From Pseudolabrys sp. (GTDB taxonomy: Bacteria; Pseudomonadota; Alphaproteobacteria; Rhizobiales; Xanthobacteraceae): a stretch of DNA of 64,000 bases. The DNA lies in contig DATDMA010000447.1 of the NCBI GenBank assembly GCA_036519015.1, forward strand, positions 33,253 to 97,252, in the 5' to 3' direction. This document shows, piece by piece, positions 37,108 through 46,516 of the stretch (position 1 is the first letter of the stretch; every line of letters starts with the position of its first letter). Both the position numbers and the translations under genes were made by a program. The notes under the pieces are model-generated. The model was given only the letters and a program-made list of their open reading frames with translations, had not been told where the DNA came from and made no database searches.

Positions 37108-37422
37108 TCAGAACCCGGTGAACAGCAGATCGAGCGCGTTGATGATCGCATCGCGTTCGCCCGCGATCGAGCCGCACGTCTGCCCGAGCACGTTCGTGCG
37201 CACGGTGACGAGCTCCTGCGTGATCAGCACGAAGGGCTGACCGTCGATCTCGACGCGTGGATTAAGCCGGTCCGCGAATGTGCCGGACGCCGCGGGCTCG
37301 AGCGGGGCAACGACCGTGGTATCCAGATTGTGCGCCAGCAGGTCGCTTTGCAACGAAGCAAGGAAAGGTTGCCGCTCGCGGCTGCGGGCAAAGGGATTGG
37401 CGACAATGTCGAACTGCTTCAT
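37108..37422 (-). CDS. ccdB: CcdB family toxin
   Basis: MKQFDIVANP, LQSDLL, TVVAPL, RLNP, IINALDLLFTGF. Confidence 0.88.
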   Translation of the reverse strand: MKQFDIVANPFARSRERQPFLASLQSDLLAHNLDTTVVAPLEPAASGTFADRLNPRVEIDGQPFVLITQELVTVRTNVLGQTCGSIAGERDAIINALDLLFTGF

Positions 37423-37426
37423 CGCG

Positions 37427-37666
37427 TCACAGCAGGCCGGCGTCGTCCGATAACAGGCCATGGCTGGAGACACGCTGGTTATAGGCGGCCAGCGCCGCCT
37501 TGTTCTCTTCCAGCCAGCGCTTTTCCTGCTCCGCCTTGACGATCTTGCGCAGGCGGCGCTCCAGCGTCTCCGAGAGATTGATGCGCAGACGTCTCGCTTC
37601 GTCGAGCAGTTCGGTCTCGACGAACAGATTGACGGCCCGTTTGCGGACTTGGCGCTCACCAAGCAT
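37427..37666 (-). CDS. ccdA: CcdA family antitoxin
   Basis: KRAVNL...LLDEARRLRINLS...WLEENKAALAAYNQRV..HGLLSD. GGAGG RBS. Confidence 0.9.
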   Translation of the reverse strand: MLGERQVRKRAVNLFVETELLDEARRLRINLSETLERRLRKIVKAEQEKRWLEENKAALAAYNQRVSSHGLLSDDAGLL

Positions 37667-37676
37667 AGGCGCCTCC

Positions 37677-37697
37677 ATGCGCAATGATAATGCGCAT
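37677..37697. promoter_or_regulatory. Putative ccdAB autoregulatory operator
   Basis: ATGCGCA-ATGATAA-TGCGCAT inverted repeat immediately upstream of the ccdA RBS. Confidence 0.6.
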
Positions 37698-37731
37698 AGG
37701 TTTTGAAGACAAGTCACACCCGTGTAGCCCT

Positions 37732-37773
37732 AAATTCCGGGTTCCGGTCCAACGGGGCTGGCGCCGGAATGAC
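37732..37773. repeat. Half copy of a family B palindromic repeat
   Basis: ATTCCGGGTTCCGG...GCGCCGGAATGACA. Confidence 0.6.
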
Positions 37774-37780
37774 AGTGCGA

Positions 37781-38563
37781 TCAATGCACCGCGGTGAAGA
37801 ATCGCGACAGGCGCAGGCCCGAGGGCCAGGTCCACACCGGCTTGTCCCTGATGCCCAGGTCCCACGATCCGACGATCGCATCGACGCGGCCGACCAGGTC
37901 GTCCACCGGCAGCATACCGACGCCGCCAGAGCGCAACGGCACGCGGCTGTCCGCCGAATTGTCGCGGTTGTCGCCCATGACGAACAGATGGCCGGGCGGC
38001 ACGACCGTCTCCGGCACGTTGTCGAGCGGGTCGAGCGAGGTGAGCTTGAAGATCGTGTGCTGGCGGCCGCCCGGCAGCGTTTCGATGTAGCGCGCCGCGG
38101 TGGCGTCGGAGCCGTCTTCGTTCTCGGCCTGGCCGGTGCCGTCTGGCGTGAGGCCGACCGGGGTGCCGTTGATGATGACGTGGCCGTCGCGCAACTCGAT
38201 GCGATCGCCGGGCAGGCCGATGACGCGCTTCACCCAGATCTGCGAGCGGTTACCGGGCCAGCGGAACACCACGACGTCGCCGCGCTTCGGCAGCGCGCCG
38301 AAGAGGCGCGGCGAGTTCGGCAGCACGAAGAACGACGGCAGCGACGCGGTGCTGTAGCCGTACGGGAATTTCGTTGCCAGCAATTCGTCGCCGATCAGAA
38401 GCGTCGGCTCCATGGAGCCGGACGGCACATAGAACGGCTCGGCGATCGCGGTCTTGGCCGCCATGACCACAAGCAGGATCACGGCAATATCGATGATGCT
38501 CTTGGCCCAGCCGGCAGTGCGTGGCTTGTCCTGCGGCATGGTATTGCGTTCCAGGGACGCCAT
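37781..38563 (-). CDS. lepB: Signal peptidase I
   Basis: PSGSMEPTL, RGDVVVF, VKRVIGLPGD, GDNRDNSADSR. Start overlaps the tldD stop (TAATG). Confidence 0.93.
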   Translation of the reverse strand: MASLERNTMPQDKPRTAGWAKSIIDIAVILLVVMAAKTAIAEPFYVPSGSMEPTLLIGDELLATKFPYGYSTASLPSFFVLPNSPRLFGALPKRGDVVVFRWPGNRSQIWVKRVIGLPGDRIELRDGHVIINGTPVGLTPDGTGQAENEDGSDATAARYIETLPGGRQHTIFKLTSLDPLDNVPETVVPPGHLFVMGDNRDNSADSRVPLRSGGVGMLPVDDLVGRVDAIVGSWDLGIRDKPVWTWPSGLRLSRFFTAVH

Positions 38564-39984
38564 TACGCCGTTCCTCCGACCGTGATGCGGTCCATGCGCA
38601 GAGACGGCTGCCCGACGCCGACGGGGACGCCCTGGCCATTCTTGCCGCAGGTGCCGATGCCGGGGTCGAGCGCGAAGTCGTTGCCGATCATGGTGATGCG
38701 ATGCAGGTCGGTCGGCCCGTTGCCGATCAGCATGGCGCCCTTCACCGGCGCGCCGACCTTGCCGTTCTCGATCTTGTAGGCCTCGGTGCACTGGAAGACG
38801 TATTTGCCCGAGGTGATGTCGACCTGGCCGCCGCCGAAGCTCACGGCATAAAGGCCGTTCTTCACTGAGGCGATGATCTCCTGCGGGTCGTGCTGGCCCG
38901 CGAGCATGTAAGTGTTGGTCATGCGCGGCATCGGCACATGCGCGTGCGATTCGCGCCGGCCATTGCCTGTCGGCTTCATGCCCATGAGGCGGGCGTTCTG
39001 CCGGTCCTGCATATAGCCGACCAAGATACCGTCCTCGATCAGCACGGTGCGGTTGGTCGGCGTGCCCTCGTCGTCGATGGAGAGCGAGCCGCGTCGCTGC
39101 TGCATGGTGCCGTCGTCGACGACGGTCACGCCCTTGGCCGCGACCTGCTGGCCCATCAGGCCCGCGAAAGCCGATGTCTTCTTGCGGTTGAAGTCGCCTT
39201 CAAGGCCGTGGCCGACAGCCTCGTGCAGCATCACGCCCGGCCAGCCGGAGCCGAGCACCACGTCCATCTCGCCCGCCGGCGCCGGCACCGCGTCCAGGTT
39301 GACTAGCGATTGCCGCACGGCTTCGTCCACCGCGCCCTGCCACGAATGGGTGGTGATGAAGCGTTCGTAGCCCTCGCGGCCGCCAAAGCCGAAGCTGCCT
39401 GACTCCTGCCGGTCACCGTCGCCGGTCACCACCGACACGTTCAGCCGCACCAGCGGCCGGATATCGCGATAGGTCTCGCCGTCGGCGCGCACGATCTCCA
39501 CCACCTGCCAGGTGGCGGCGACGCTGGCCGACACCTGCCGCACGCGCGGGTCCTTGGCGCGCGCATAAGCGTCGATCTGCTCGAGCAGTTTCACCTTGGC
39601 GTCGAAGGCCGGTTGGCCCAGCGGATTGTCGTCGCCGTAGAGCTTGCGATTGGTGCGGCCGGGAGCCTCGGCGTAGGTGCCGGCGTGGCCGCCTTTCACC
39701 GCGCGCACGGCCTCGGCCGCGCGGGCGAGCGCCGCCTCCGACATGTCGGAGGCATGGGCATAGCCGACCGCCTCGTCTTTCACCGCGCGGAGGCCGAAGC
39801 CCTGGGCCGTATCGTAGGTCGCCTGCTTCAGGCGCCCATTGTCGAATACCAGCACTTCCGACTGGCGATATTCCAGGAACAATTCTCCGTCATCGGCCCC
39901 CTCCAGCCCACGCCCGATCAGCGTGCGGACCTTGTCCCGGTCGAGGCCGGCGCGGTCGATCAGCGAGGACATGGCTGGATCCAT
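38563..39984 (-). CDS. tldD: Metalloprotease TldD
   Basis: HEAVGHGLEGD, PRMTNT, CGKNGQGVPVGVGQP. Confidence 0.96.
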   Translation of the reverse strand: MDPAMSSLIDRAGLDRDKVRTLIGRGLEGADDGELFLEYRQSEVLVFDNGRLKQATYDTAQGFGLRAVKDEAVGYAHASDMSEAALARAAEAVRAVKGGHAGTYAEAPGRTNRKLYGDDNPLGQPAFDAKVKLLEQIDAYARAKDPRVRQVSASVAATWQVVEIVRADGETYRDIRPLVRLNVSVVTGDGDRQESGSFGFGGREGYERFITTHSWQGAVDEAVRQSLVNLDAVPAPAGEMDVVLGSGWPGVMLHEAVGHGLEGDFNRKKTSAFAGLMGQQVAAKGVTVVDDGTMQQRRGSLSIDDEGTPTNRTVLIEDGILVGYMQDRQNARLMGMKPTGNGRRESHAHVPMPRMTNTYMLAGQHDPQEIIASVKNGLYAVSFGGGQVDITSGKYVFQCTEAYKIENGKVGAPVKGAMLIGNGPTDLHRITMIGNDFALDPGIGTCGKNGQGVPVGVGQPSLRMDRITVGGTA

Positions 39985-40389
39985 GAGGTTTTTCTCCGGG
40001 GGCGTGAACTGTTCGCCGCATCAAATAGGACGTCTGAGGCCCTTTGGCGAGGGCCGGTCCGCCATCGCGGAGTTCCCACAACCTGAAGTCTAGGCGGCCC
40101 TAGCGCAAGGCGAATTAACCGGAGTTAATGTTCGCCGCCGATCTGAGACCGAAACTGCCGCTAGATCGACCGGTTGATGCATCACGTGCGCGCGCAGTCT
40201 CGTCGCGGCAGGTTGGGTTCATGCGTATCAGGATCGCCAGGGCATCACGCGCGTGTGTTGGCGATGGGCGCAAGAGTCACCACGCGATCCCACAAGCGTG
40301 ACGTGATGCGAGCAAACGTGCGTTGAAGCGGCGGTCATTGCAGTCGCCTAATGCAAGTCCACGAAACGCTTGGACGAGGGAGACGTCTG

Positions 40390-40701
40390 ATGAAAATCGT
40401 ATCGAGCCTGTTGTTGGCCACAGCTCTCGCGCTGTCCGTAGTGCCAGCCTTGGCGCAAGAGGAAAGCACGGTGAACGACCGCAATATCTATGTCTTCTCG
40501 AACGGCAAGATGCATCGGATGAAAGCCAGCGATGCGCAACACGCGATGATCATGCAGAAATTCAGACAGATGCCGCCAGGAACGATGATCTACTATAGCG
40601 GCGGTGCCTTCTACATGGGCGAGGACAGCATGATGCCGAGCGGTAAGATGATGTCCACCGAGTTCTTCGGCCGCGATTTTGGCTTCGCGCCGCCGCGCTA
40701 G
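40390..40701 (+). CDS. Small secreted Met-rich hypothetical protein
   Basis: GAGGGAG RBS, signal peptide ALA-Q, many Met residues, followed by a hairpin at 40716-40741. Confidence 0.75.
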   Translation: MKIVSSLLLATALALSVVPALAQEESTVNDRNIYVFSNGKMHRMKASDAQHAMIMQKFRQMPPGTMIYYSGGAFYMGEDSMMPSGKMMSTEFFGRDFGFAPPR

Positions 40702-40771
40702 CGACATTGCGACAGGAGAGGCCGCGCGTCCGCGGCCTCTCTCGCAAGTATACTGATCCAACCTAAACGGC

Positions 40772-41452
40772 TCATGCCTTCGGCGCGGTCGCCATCCAGA
40801 TGATGTGCCGCGAACCGCCGCGCGCTCCGTTGGCGCGGACGCGAACCTCGTCCACGTCGAAGCCGACGTTGCGAAGCCGCTGTGTGAAACCCGGATTCGG
40901 TCCCGACGACCATACGGCAAGCACACCACCGGGGTGCAGCGCCGCGCGCGCGGCGCTCAGTCCGTTCCGATCGTACAACGCATCATTGGCTTCTCGCGTC
41001 AGCCCTTCGGGCCCGTTGTCGACGTCGAGCAGGATCGCATCGAACATCGACCGGCTCGCCCGGATCAGATGGCTGACATCCGTTTCACGGATGCTGACGC
41101 GCGGATCGGTCAGGCTTCTGCCGAACACCTCCGCCATCGGGCCGCGCGCCCATGCCACGACGGCCGGCACCAGTTCGGCGACGACGATCTGGGCCTTGGT
41201 CCCGAGCGCGGCCAGCGCCGCCCGGAGCGTGAAGCCCATGCCCAATCCGCCGATCAGGATCTGCGGCCGCTCGCGCGCCCGCATTCGCTCACAGCTGAGT
41301 GTCGCGAGCGCCTCCTCGGAGCCGCTGAGGCGGCTGCTCATCAGTTGGTTGGCTCCCAACATGATGGAGAATTCGTCGCCGCGCCGCATGAGGCGAAGCT
41401 CGCCTCCTCCGCCGGGCACTTGAGCCGTATCCAGCAGGGACCAGGGATTCAC
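40772..41452 (-). CDS. Spermidine synthase-like SAM-dependent methyltransferase-fold protein
   Basis: ILIGGLGMGFT, AELV, ILLDVDNGP, GGVLAVWS. Confidence 0.88.
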   Translation of the reverse strand: MNPWSLLDTAQVPGGGGELRLMRRGDEFSIMLGANQLMSSRLSGSEEALATLSCERMRARERPQILIGGLGMGFTLRAALAALGTKAQIVVAELVPAVVAWARGPMAEVFGRSLTDPRVSIRETDVSHLIRASRSMFDAILLDVDNGPEGLTREANDALYDRNGLSAARAALHPGGVLAVWSSGPNPGFTQRLRNVGFDVDEVRVRANGARGGSRHIIWMATAPKA

Positions 41453-41680
41453 GAGTTGCTCTTCGGTTGGCAGCGCAACGCACCGTGATACGGATGGGTG
41501 CTCGCTGTAAAGAAGTTCCGCTCCCGCAGGCGTGAAAGTCGTGACTTGCGGTTGTGGCGCCTCGCGGAACTTTCCGCATAATAGCGACGGCTACCGACTT
41601 CGGGAGAAACGATGCCAAATCGCGGCTGAGCGTCGCGAATTTCGCTCCGCGCGTTCCGGCCGTTGCGAAAGGGCGCTCCG

Positions 41681-43279
41681 ATGGCGAACAAGGCCACCGT
41701 TGCTTCGGAGGAACAAAATTTCATCCTCACGAGCTTGTCGCCCAGCCGGGGGCAGAAACGGCTTGCCCTTATCATTGTGCTGGCCCTGCTGACCGCCTTG
41801 ATATTCATCACGGCCGGTCGGCTCTCGACGATCCAGTTGGCGCGGATCGACGCCATCGTGCCGGCTTATGCGACGGCAAGTTTCGTGAACGATTCGATCA
41901 CCGCGGTCCTGCTGTTCGCCCAGTTCTCCATCTTGCGTTCGCGTGCCGTCCTCGTGATCGCGAGTGGATATCTTTTCACTGCGCTCGTCGTCATCGCGTG
42001 GGTGCTGACCTTTCCGGGCCTGTTTGCGCCAACAGGCCTGCTCGGCGCCGGACTGCAGAGCGCCACCTGGCTCTACATGCTGTGGCACTCCGGTTTTCCC
42101 GTGTTCGTCATCGCATATGCCTTATTGAAGGATGCGGATCCGCCGAAGCCGGTGGACTCTGTGGGTGCGGCCATTCTTTCGAGTGTTGCCGTGATCGCGT
42201 TCGTCGTGTGTGGAGCGACATTTCTCATCATAGCGGGCGATGGACTGCTGCCTCGTCTCATGATCGATGCGACCCATATTACCCCCCTCTGGACTTATGG
42301 TGTCTGGTTCTCGGCACTGTTGTGCGTCCTTGCGCTCGTCGTGCTGTGGGTCCGTCGGCGCTCGGTCCTCGATCTTTGGCTGATGGTGGTGATGTGCGCG
42401 TATACGACAGAGTTATGTCTCAACTTTTCGACCCGCTTCAGCGTCGGCTGGTATGCCAGCCGGATCTGCGGGCTCCTGTCCGGCAGTCTCGTCCTGTTTG
42501 TCCTGCTGTATGAGAGTACGGTTCTTTACGCGCAGCTTCTCCGCGCGGTGTTCGCCCAACGCCGCGAGCGCGAAGCGCGGCTCGCGACCGGGGACGCGGT
42601 GGCGGCCACGATCGCCCATGAAATCAAGCAACCGTTGTCTGCGATGATCACGAATGCCAGTGCCGGTATCCGGTGGCTCGATCGCCCGGCACCCGATTGC
42701 GTCAAAGCGAAGGAGACGTTCGAACAGATCGCCGCCGACGGCCACCGGGCCGGCGCGGTGATCGAAAGCATTCGCGCGATCTTCAAGAAGGAGGGCCGGA
42801 ATAGGACGTCGCTCGACGTCAACGAGCTCATCGGCGAGGCGCTGGCCTTGGTGCACAGCGATCTGCAGAGCTACCGGATCATGGTCATGACGGAGCCGGA
42901 TGGACATTTGCCGCTGGTCAATGGAGATCGAGTCCAGTTGCGGCAGGTGCTCCTGAACCTGATGACGAACGCCATCGACGCGATGGCCGACAAGGACGAG
43001 CCGCGGACCCTCTCTGTGAGGTCAAATCTCTACGACGGCGGCGGCGTCTTGGTGTCGGTTGCCGACACCGGAGTGGGCGTCGGCTCGCAGGATGCCGATC
43101 AGATCTTCAACCCGCTCTTCACGACCAAGGCGCACGGGATGGGGCTGGGCCTGTCGATCTGTCGGTCGATCATCGAGGCGCACAATGGCCGCTTGTGGGT
43201 TGCCCCGAACACGCCGCGCGGCGCCGTGTTCCAGTTCGTCTTGCGCACCGATCCGCCGTTGGCGCAGCAGGGTGCGTGA
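41681..43279 (+). CDS. MASE4-domain membrane sensor histidine kinase
   Basis: TAVLLFAQF, LTFPGLFAP, WLYMLWH (MASE4), then AHEIKQPL, NLMTNAIDA, DTGVG, FTTK, GLGL. Confidence 0.9.
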   Translation: MANKATVASEEQNFILTSLSPSRGQKRLALIIVLALLTALIFITAGRLSTIQLARIDAIVPAYATASFVNDSITAVLLFAQFSILRSRAVLVIASGYLFTALVVIAWVLTFPGLFAPTGLLGAGLQSATWLYMLWHSGFPVFVIAYALLKDADPPKPVDSVGAAILSSVAVIAFVVCGATFLIIAGDGLLPRLMIDATHITPLWTYGVWFSALLCVLALVVLWVRRRSVLDLWLMVVMCAYTTELCLNFSTRFSVGWYASRICGLLSGSLVLFVLLYESTVLYAQLLRAVFAQRREREARLATGDAVAATIAHEIKQPLSAMITNASAGIRWLDRPAPDCVKAKETFEQIAADGHRAGAVIESIRAIFKKEGRNRTSLDVNELIGEALALVHSDLQSYRIMVMTEPDGHLPLVNGDRVQLRQVLLNLMTNAIDAMADKDEPRTLSVRSNLYDGGGVLVSVADTGVGVGSQDADQIFNPLFTTKAHGMGLGLSICRSIIEAHNGRLWVAPNTPRGAVFQFVLRTDPPLAQQGA

Positions 43280-43987
43280 TCAGTCCCTGGTAAACTTCAC
43301 CGATACCTCGCCGATCGGATCGACCGCGTGGACGAAATCGACTTCGTCCGGCTCGATCATCGGCGGCGGCGTGATGGAGCCGGTGATGATGATGTCGCCG
43401 GCCGAGAGTCTTTCGCCGAAGGCGGCGGCGATGGTGGCGACATGCGCCACGATCTCGATGAGCTTGCCGGTCAACGCCTCCGGGTCGCTCGTGCGGTTCA
43501 CCTCGACGCCGCGCCGCAGCACGCGCGAGGTCAGGCCCCGCACGCTGCCACCGGGCTGCGCGCCCTCACCGAGCAGCACCTGGCGCTGGTAGATGTCGCC
43601 GGCGAGCACAACATCGAGGTTGGCGGCTTCCGGCACCGGATCGAGGTCGGCGAGTTCGATGGCCGGCGTGAGTTCCTTGATCGCCGCCATGACGGCGTCA
43701 GGCGTGGCGTCGGGCCCGAGATCGGTTGCCATGCGCACGGCGATCTCCGGCTCGGCCACTGGCCGCAAATAGTTCTTCAGCGACACGGTGCTGCCGGACG
43801 GCAGCAGCGCGCGCTGCATCAGGAAGCCGATCATCGGCGCTTCGATGCCGAGCTTCTTGAGGCTCGCGGGCGCGCCGAGGCCTACTTTCCAGCCGAGCGG
43901 CTTTTCGCCCGCCGCGATGCGCGCACGCCGGTCGGCGAACTGCGCCGCCATGCCTTTCTTGATGAGCGGATTATCGAGGATAGCCAT
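43280..43987 (-). CDS. 2-keto-4-pentenoate hydratase-like (FAH fold) protein
   Basis: GWKVG, EPEIA, PAIELAD, GDIIITGS. Confidence 0.85.
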   Translation of the reverse strand: MAILDNPLIKKGMAAQFADRRARIAAGEKPLGWKVGLGAPASLKKLGIEAPMIGFLMQRALLPSGSTVSLKNYLRPVAEPEIAVRMATDLGPDATPDAVMAAIKELTPAIELADLDPVPEAANLDVVLAGDIYQRQVLLGEGAQPGGSVRGLTSRVLRRGVEVNRTSDPEALTGKLIEIVAHVATIAAAFGERLSAGDIIITGSITPPPMIEPDEVDFVHAVDPIGEVSVKFTRD

Positions 43988-44000
43988 ATGCGATTTTCCT

Positions 44001-44032
44001 TTCTTACCCTCCCCACAAGGGGGAGGGCAAAG
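44001..44032. repeat. Half copy of a family A repeat
   Basis: ACCCTCCCCACAAGGGGGAGGG, matching the 3' arm at 26411-26432. Confidence 0.7.
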
Positions 44033-44057
44033 CAAGCGTCTCTTGCGGTTCTTCTTC

Positions 44058-44546
44058 TTACTTATGGCTCTCCGGGTGCACTTCGTAGTCCGAATCCTCG
44101 ATCGTTCCGGCGCCCATCCAGCCCCAGACCAGCACCACGTCTTCGTCCGACGTGTTGTTGAAGCCATGCCAGACGCCGCGCGGCGAATAGACCACGTCGC
44201 CTTCGCCCGACGGCACCTCGCCCTTGTCGGTGTAGATTTGGCCCTTGCCTTTGAGCACGATGAAGAACTCGTCGGCCTTGTGATGGCGATGGTTCTCGTG
44301 GCGCGCGCCCGGCTTGAGCACGGTCCAGCCGACCACGTGATCGGCGCCGGCGGTTTTCTTGTCGATCAAAAACTGCACCTGCATGTCGACCCAGCCGTCG
44401 TCGCGCTTCAAGCCTTCGACCTTCGGCACGTCACGCAAATTGGTGCGGTACATCTGCGGCATTTCCTTCTCTTCCTTCATTGCGGCCGCCGTGCCTTTCA
44501 CGGCTTTGGCCAGAGCTGCTCCGAACTTTTCGCTTTGCGATGTCAT
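44058..44546 (-). CDS. Cupin domain protein
   Basis: HENHRHHKADEF and GDVVYSPRGVWHGF. Confidence 0.9.
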   Translation of the reverse strand: MTSQSEKFGAALAKAVKGTAAAMKEEKEMPQMYRTNLRDVPKVEGLKRDDGWVDMQVQFLIDKKTAGADHVVGWTVLKPGARHENHRHHKADEFFIVLKGKGQIYTDKGEVPSGEGDVVYSPRGVWHGFNNTSDEDVVLVWGWMGAGTIEDSDYEVHPESHK

Positions 44547-45424
44547 GACTGTCCTCCAAGCTTGCGATAGACCTGATGCGCCACGACGAAGTCGTTGGCG
44601 TCGATGCCGAGCCCACGGCAGGCGTTCATCATCTCGTTGGCGGCGGCGGCGAGCGGCACCGGGCTGCCGAGCCGGCGGCCGAGATTGAGCGCCAGCATCA
44701 TATCTTTCTGTTGCAGCGTCACGTCGGCGAGTGGCACCGCCGGCATTTTGCCCTCGAGGATGAAGGGGCCGCGATAGCCGAGTACCGGCGAGGCCGCGAC
44801 ACTCTTGAGGATAGCGTCGACGGCGGCTTCGCGCGAGACGCCGCCTTTTTCGGCGAGTGCCACCGCCTCGCCGAAGCAGATCACCTCGACCATCAACAGC
44901 AGATTGACCGCGATCTTCATTTGGCAGGCGAGCCCGTTGCTGCCGATGCGCGTGACTTTCGGCCCGATCGCCAGCAGCACCGGCTTGGCGCGCTCGAACG
45001 CGGCCTCGTCGCCGCCGATCATCACAGAAGCGTTGCCTTGGACGACGGTGACGGGGCTTCCCGAAATCGGCCCATCCATCATGAACGATCCCGCCTTGGT
45101 GAACTCGGCCGCGACGGCGCGGCTTTCCTCCGGCTCGATCGTGCTCATGTCGATGTAGATGCCGCCTTTGGCGAGGCCGGCGATGATGCCGTCCGGCCCG
45201 AGCGCGCAGGCCTTCACCGCTTTGGCGTCGGTGACGATGGAGAACACGATCTCGGATTGGGCGGCGACCTCGCGCGGCGTGTCCGCCCAGCCCATGCCGT
45301 CCTTGATCAAAGCCTCCGCCTTATCGCGCGAGCGGTTCCAGCCGATGACGGAATGCCCCGCCGACATCAGGCGCGGGACGATCAACTGTCCCATCGCGCC
45401 GAGCCCAACAAACCCTAGTTTCAT
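44543..45424 (-). CDS. Beta-hydroxyacid dehydrogenase (3-hydroxyisobutyrate/tartronate semialdehyde reductase family)
   Basis: FVGLGAMG, DMSTI, DGPISGS, MKIAVN, KDM. Confidence 0.92.
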   Translation of the reverse strand: MKLGFVGLGAMGQLIVPRLMSAGHSVIGWNRSRDKAEALIKDGMGWADTPREVAAQSEIVFSIVTDAKAVKACALGPDGIIAGLAKGGIYIDMSTIEPEESRAVAAEFTKAGSFMMDGPISGSPVTVVQGNASVMIGGDEAAFERAKPVLLAIGPKVTRIGSNGLACQMKIAVNLLLMVEVICFGEAVALAEKGGVSREAAVDAILKSVAASPVLGYRGPFILEGKMPAVPLADVTLQQKDMMLALNLGRRLGSPVPLAAAANEMMNACRGLGIDANDFVVAHQVYRKLGGQS

Positions 45425-46503
45425 GACAACTCTTCTCTTCTGTTGCGGGAGTGCCCCGCCGTTTCGCTTACGCCGTCGGTGAGAGCTCGGGTCGAGCCGC
45501 GCACGATCAACTCGACCGGCAGCACGATGTGACGCGGTTCGGACGTTGCGTTCTCGACGATATCGACAATCAGTTCGGCCGCTTCGACGCCGGCTTTGGT
45601 GTGCTGCACGCGGATCGTGGTCAGCGGCGGCGACAGCCGGTCGGCCAGCGCCATGTCGTTGAAACCGGTGATCGAGACGTCGCCGGGGCACTCGATTTTG
45701 TGCCGGCGGAACGCGGTGATGGCGCCGACCGCGAGCCGGTCATTGGCGCAGACCACGGCGGTGAAAGGCTTATCCGCGACCAGCAGCTCCTCGGCGCAGC
45801 GCTCGCCTTCCATTTCGTTGAAGGCGCGCGCGAAGGACACCAGCGGCTGCTTCAATCCAACGCTCAATTCCTCGCAGTAGCGCACATAGCTCGAATAGCG
45901 ATTGTAACCGGTGGACACCGTCTGCGGACCTGCGATGGCGGCAATGCGGCGATGGCCGAGCGAGGCGAGGTGGGTGAGCACGCGGCGCAGGCCGTCGTCC
46001 TCGTCGTGCACCACGGATGAAAAACGCGGATTGTCGGTGCGCCGGCTTACCGTCACCGCCGGCATGTCCGCGGTGAGAGCCGACAGTTCCTTATCGTGAC
46101 GCGCCACGCTGGCGAGGATCAGGCCGTCGATGCCGCGCGGGCGCATCGTCTCGATCACGCGCGCCTGCCGCCGCGCGTCGCCGTCGGTGTTCGCCAGGAT
46201 GGCGACGTAATTGTGCCGCGCCAGCCCGTCCTCGATGCCGCGGATGATCGGCGGAAACACCGGATCGGTGATGTCGGGGATGATGACGCCGATGGTGCGC
46301 GAGCGGTTGGTCTTTAGCAGGTAGGCCGCCGCGTTCGGCGCGTAGCCGCGGCGGCGGCTCGCCCGCTTGATCTTCTCCATCAAGTCGGGCGAGACCGCGT
46401 GCGTGCTGCGTGGATTGAGCGCCCGCGAGATCGTAGACACATGCACGCCGACTTCGCGCGCAATGTCCTTCAGCGTCGGCCGCGAGCGTTTCGCTTTCCT
46501 CAA
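45421..46503 (-). CDS. LacI-family transcriptional regulator
   Basis: TLKDIAREVGVHVSTISRALN, YAPN, NDRLAVGA, PPLTTI. Confidence 0.95.
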   Translation of the reverse strand: MRKAKRSRPTLKDIAREVGVHVSTISRALNPRSTHAVSPDLMEKIKRASRRRGYAPNAAAYLLKTNRSRTIGVIIPDITDPVFPPIIRGIEDGLARHNYVAILANTDGDARRQARVIETMRPRGIDGLILASVARHDKELSALTADMPAVTVSRRTDNPRFSSVVHDEDDGLRRVLTHLASLGHRRIAAIAGPQTVSTGYNRYSSYVRYCEELSVGLKQPLVSFARAFNEMEGERCAEELLVADKPFTAVVCANDRLAVGAITAFRRHKIECPGDVSITGFNDMALADRLSPPLTTIRVQHTKAGVEAAELIVDIVENATSEPRHIVLPVELIVRGSTRALTDGVSETAGHSRNRREELS

Positions 46504-46516
46504 TCCTGTTTCCCCC

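Noticed and set aside
40114-40129. ATTAAC-CGGA-GTTAAT as a CtrA box upstream of tldD
   Set aside because: TTAA spacing is 6 rather than 7. It may be another operator, but there is no further support.
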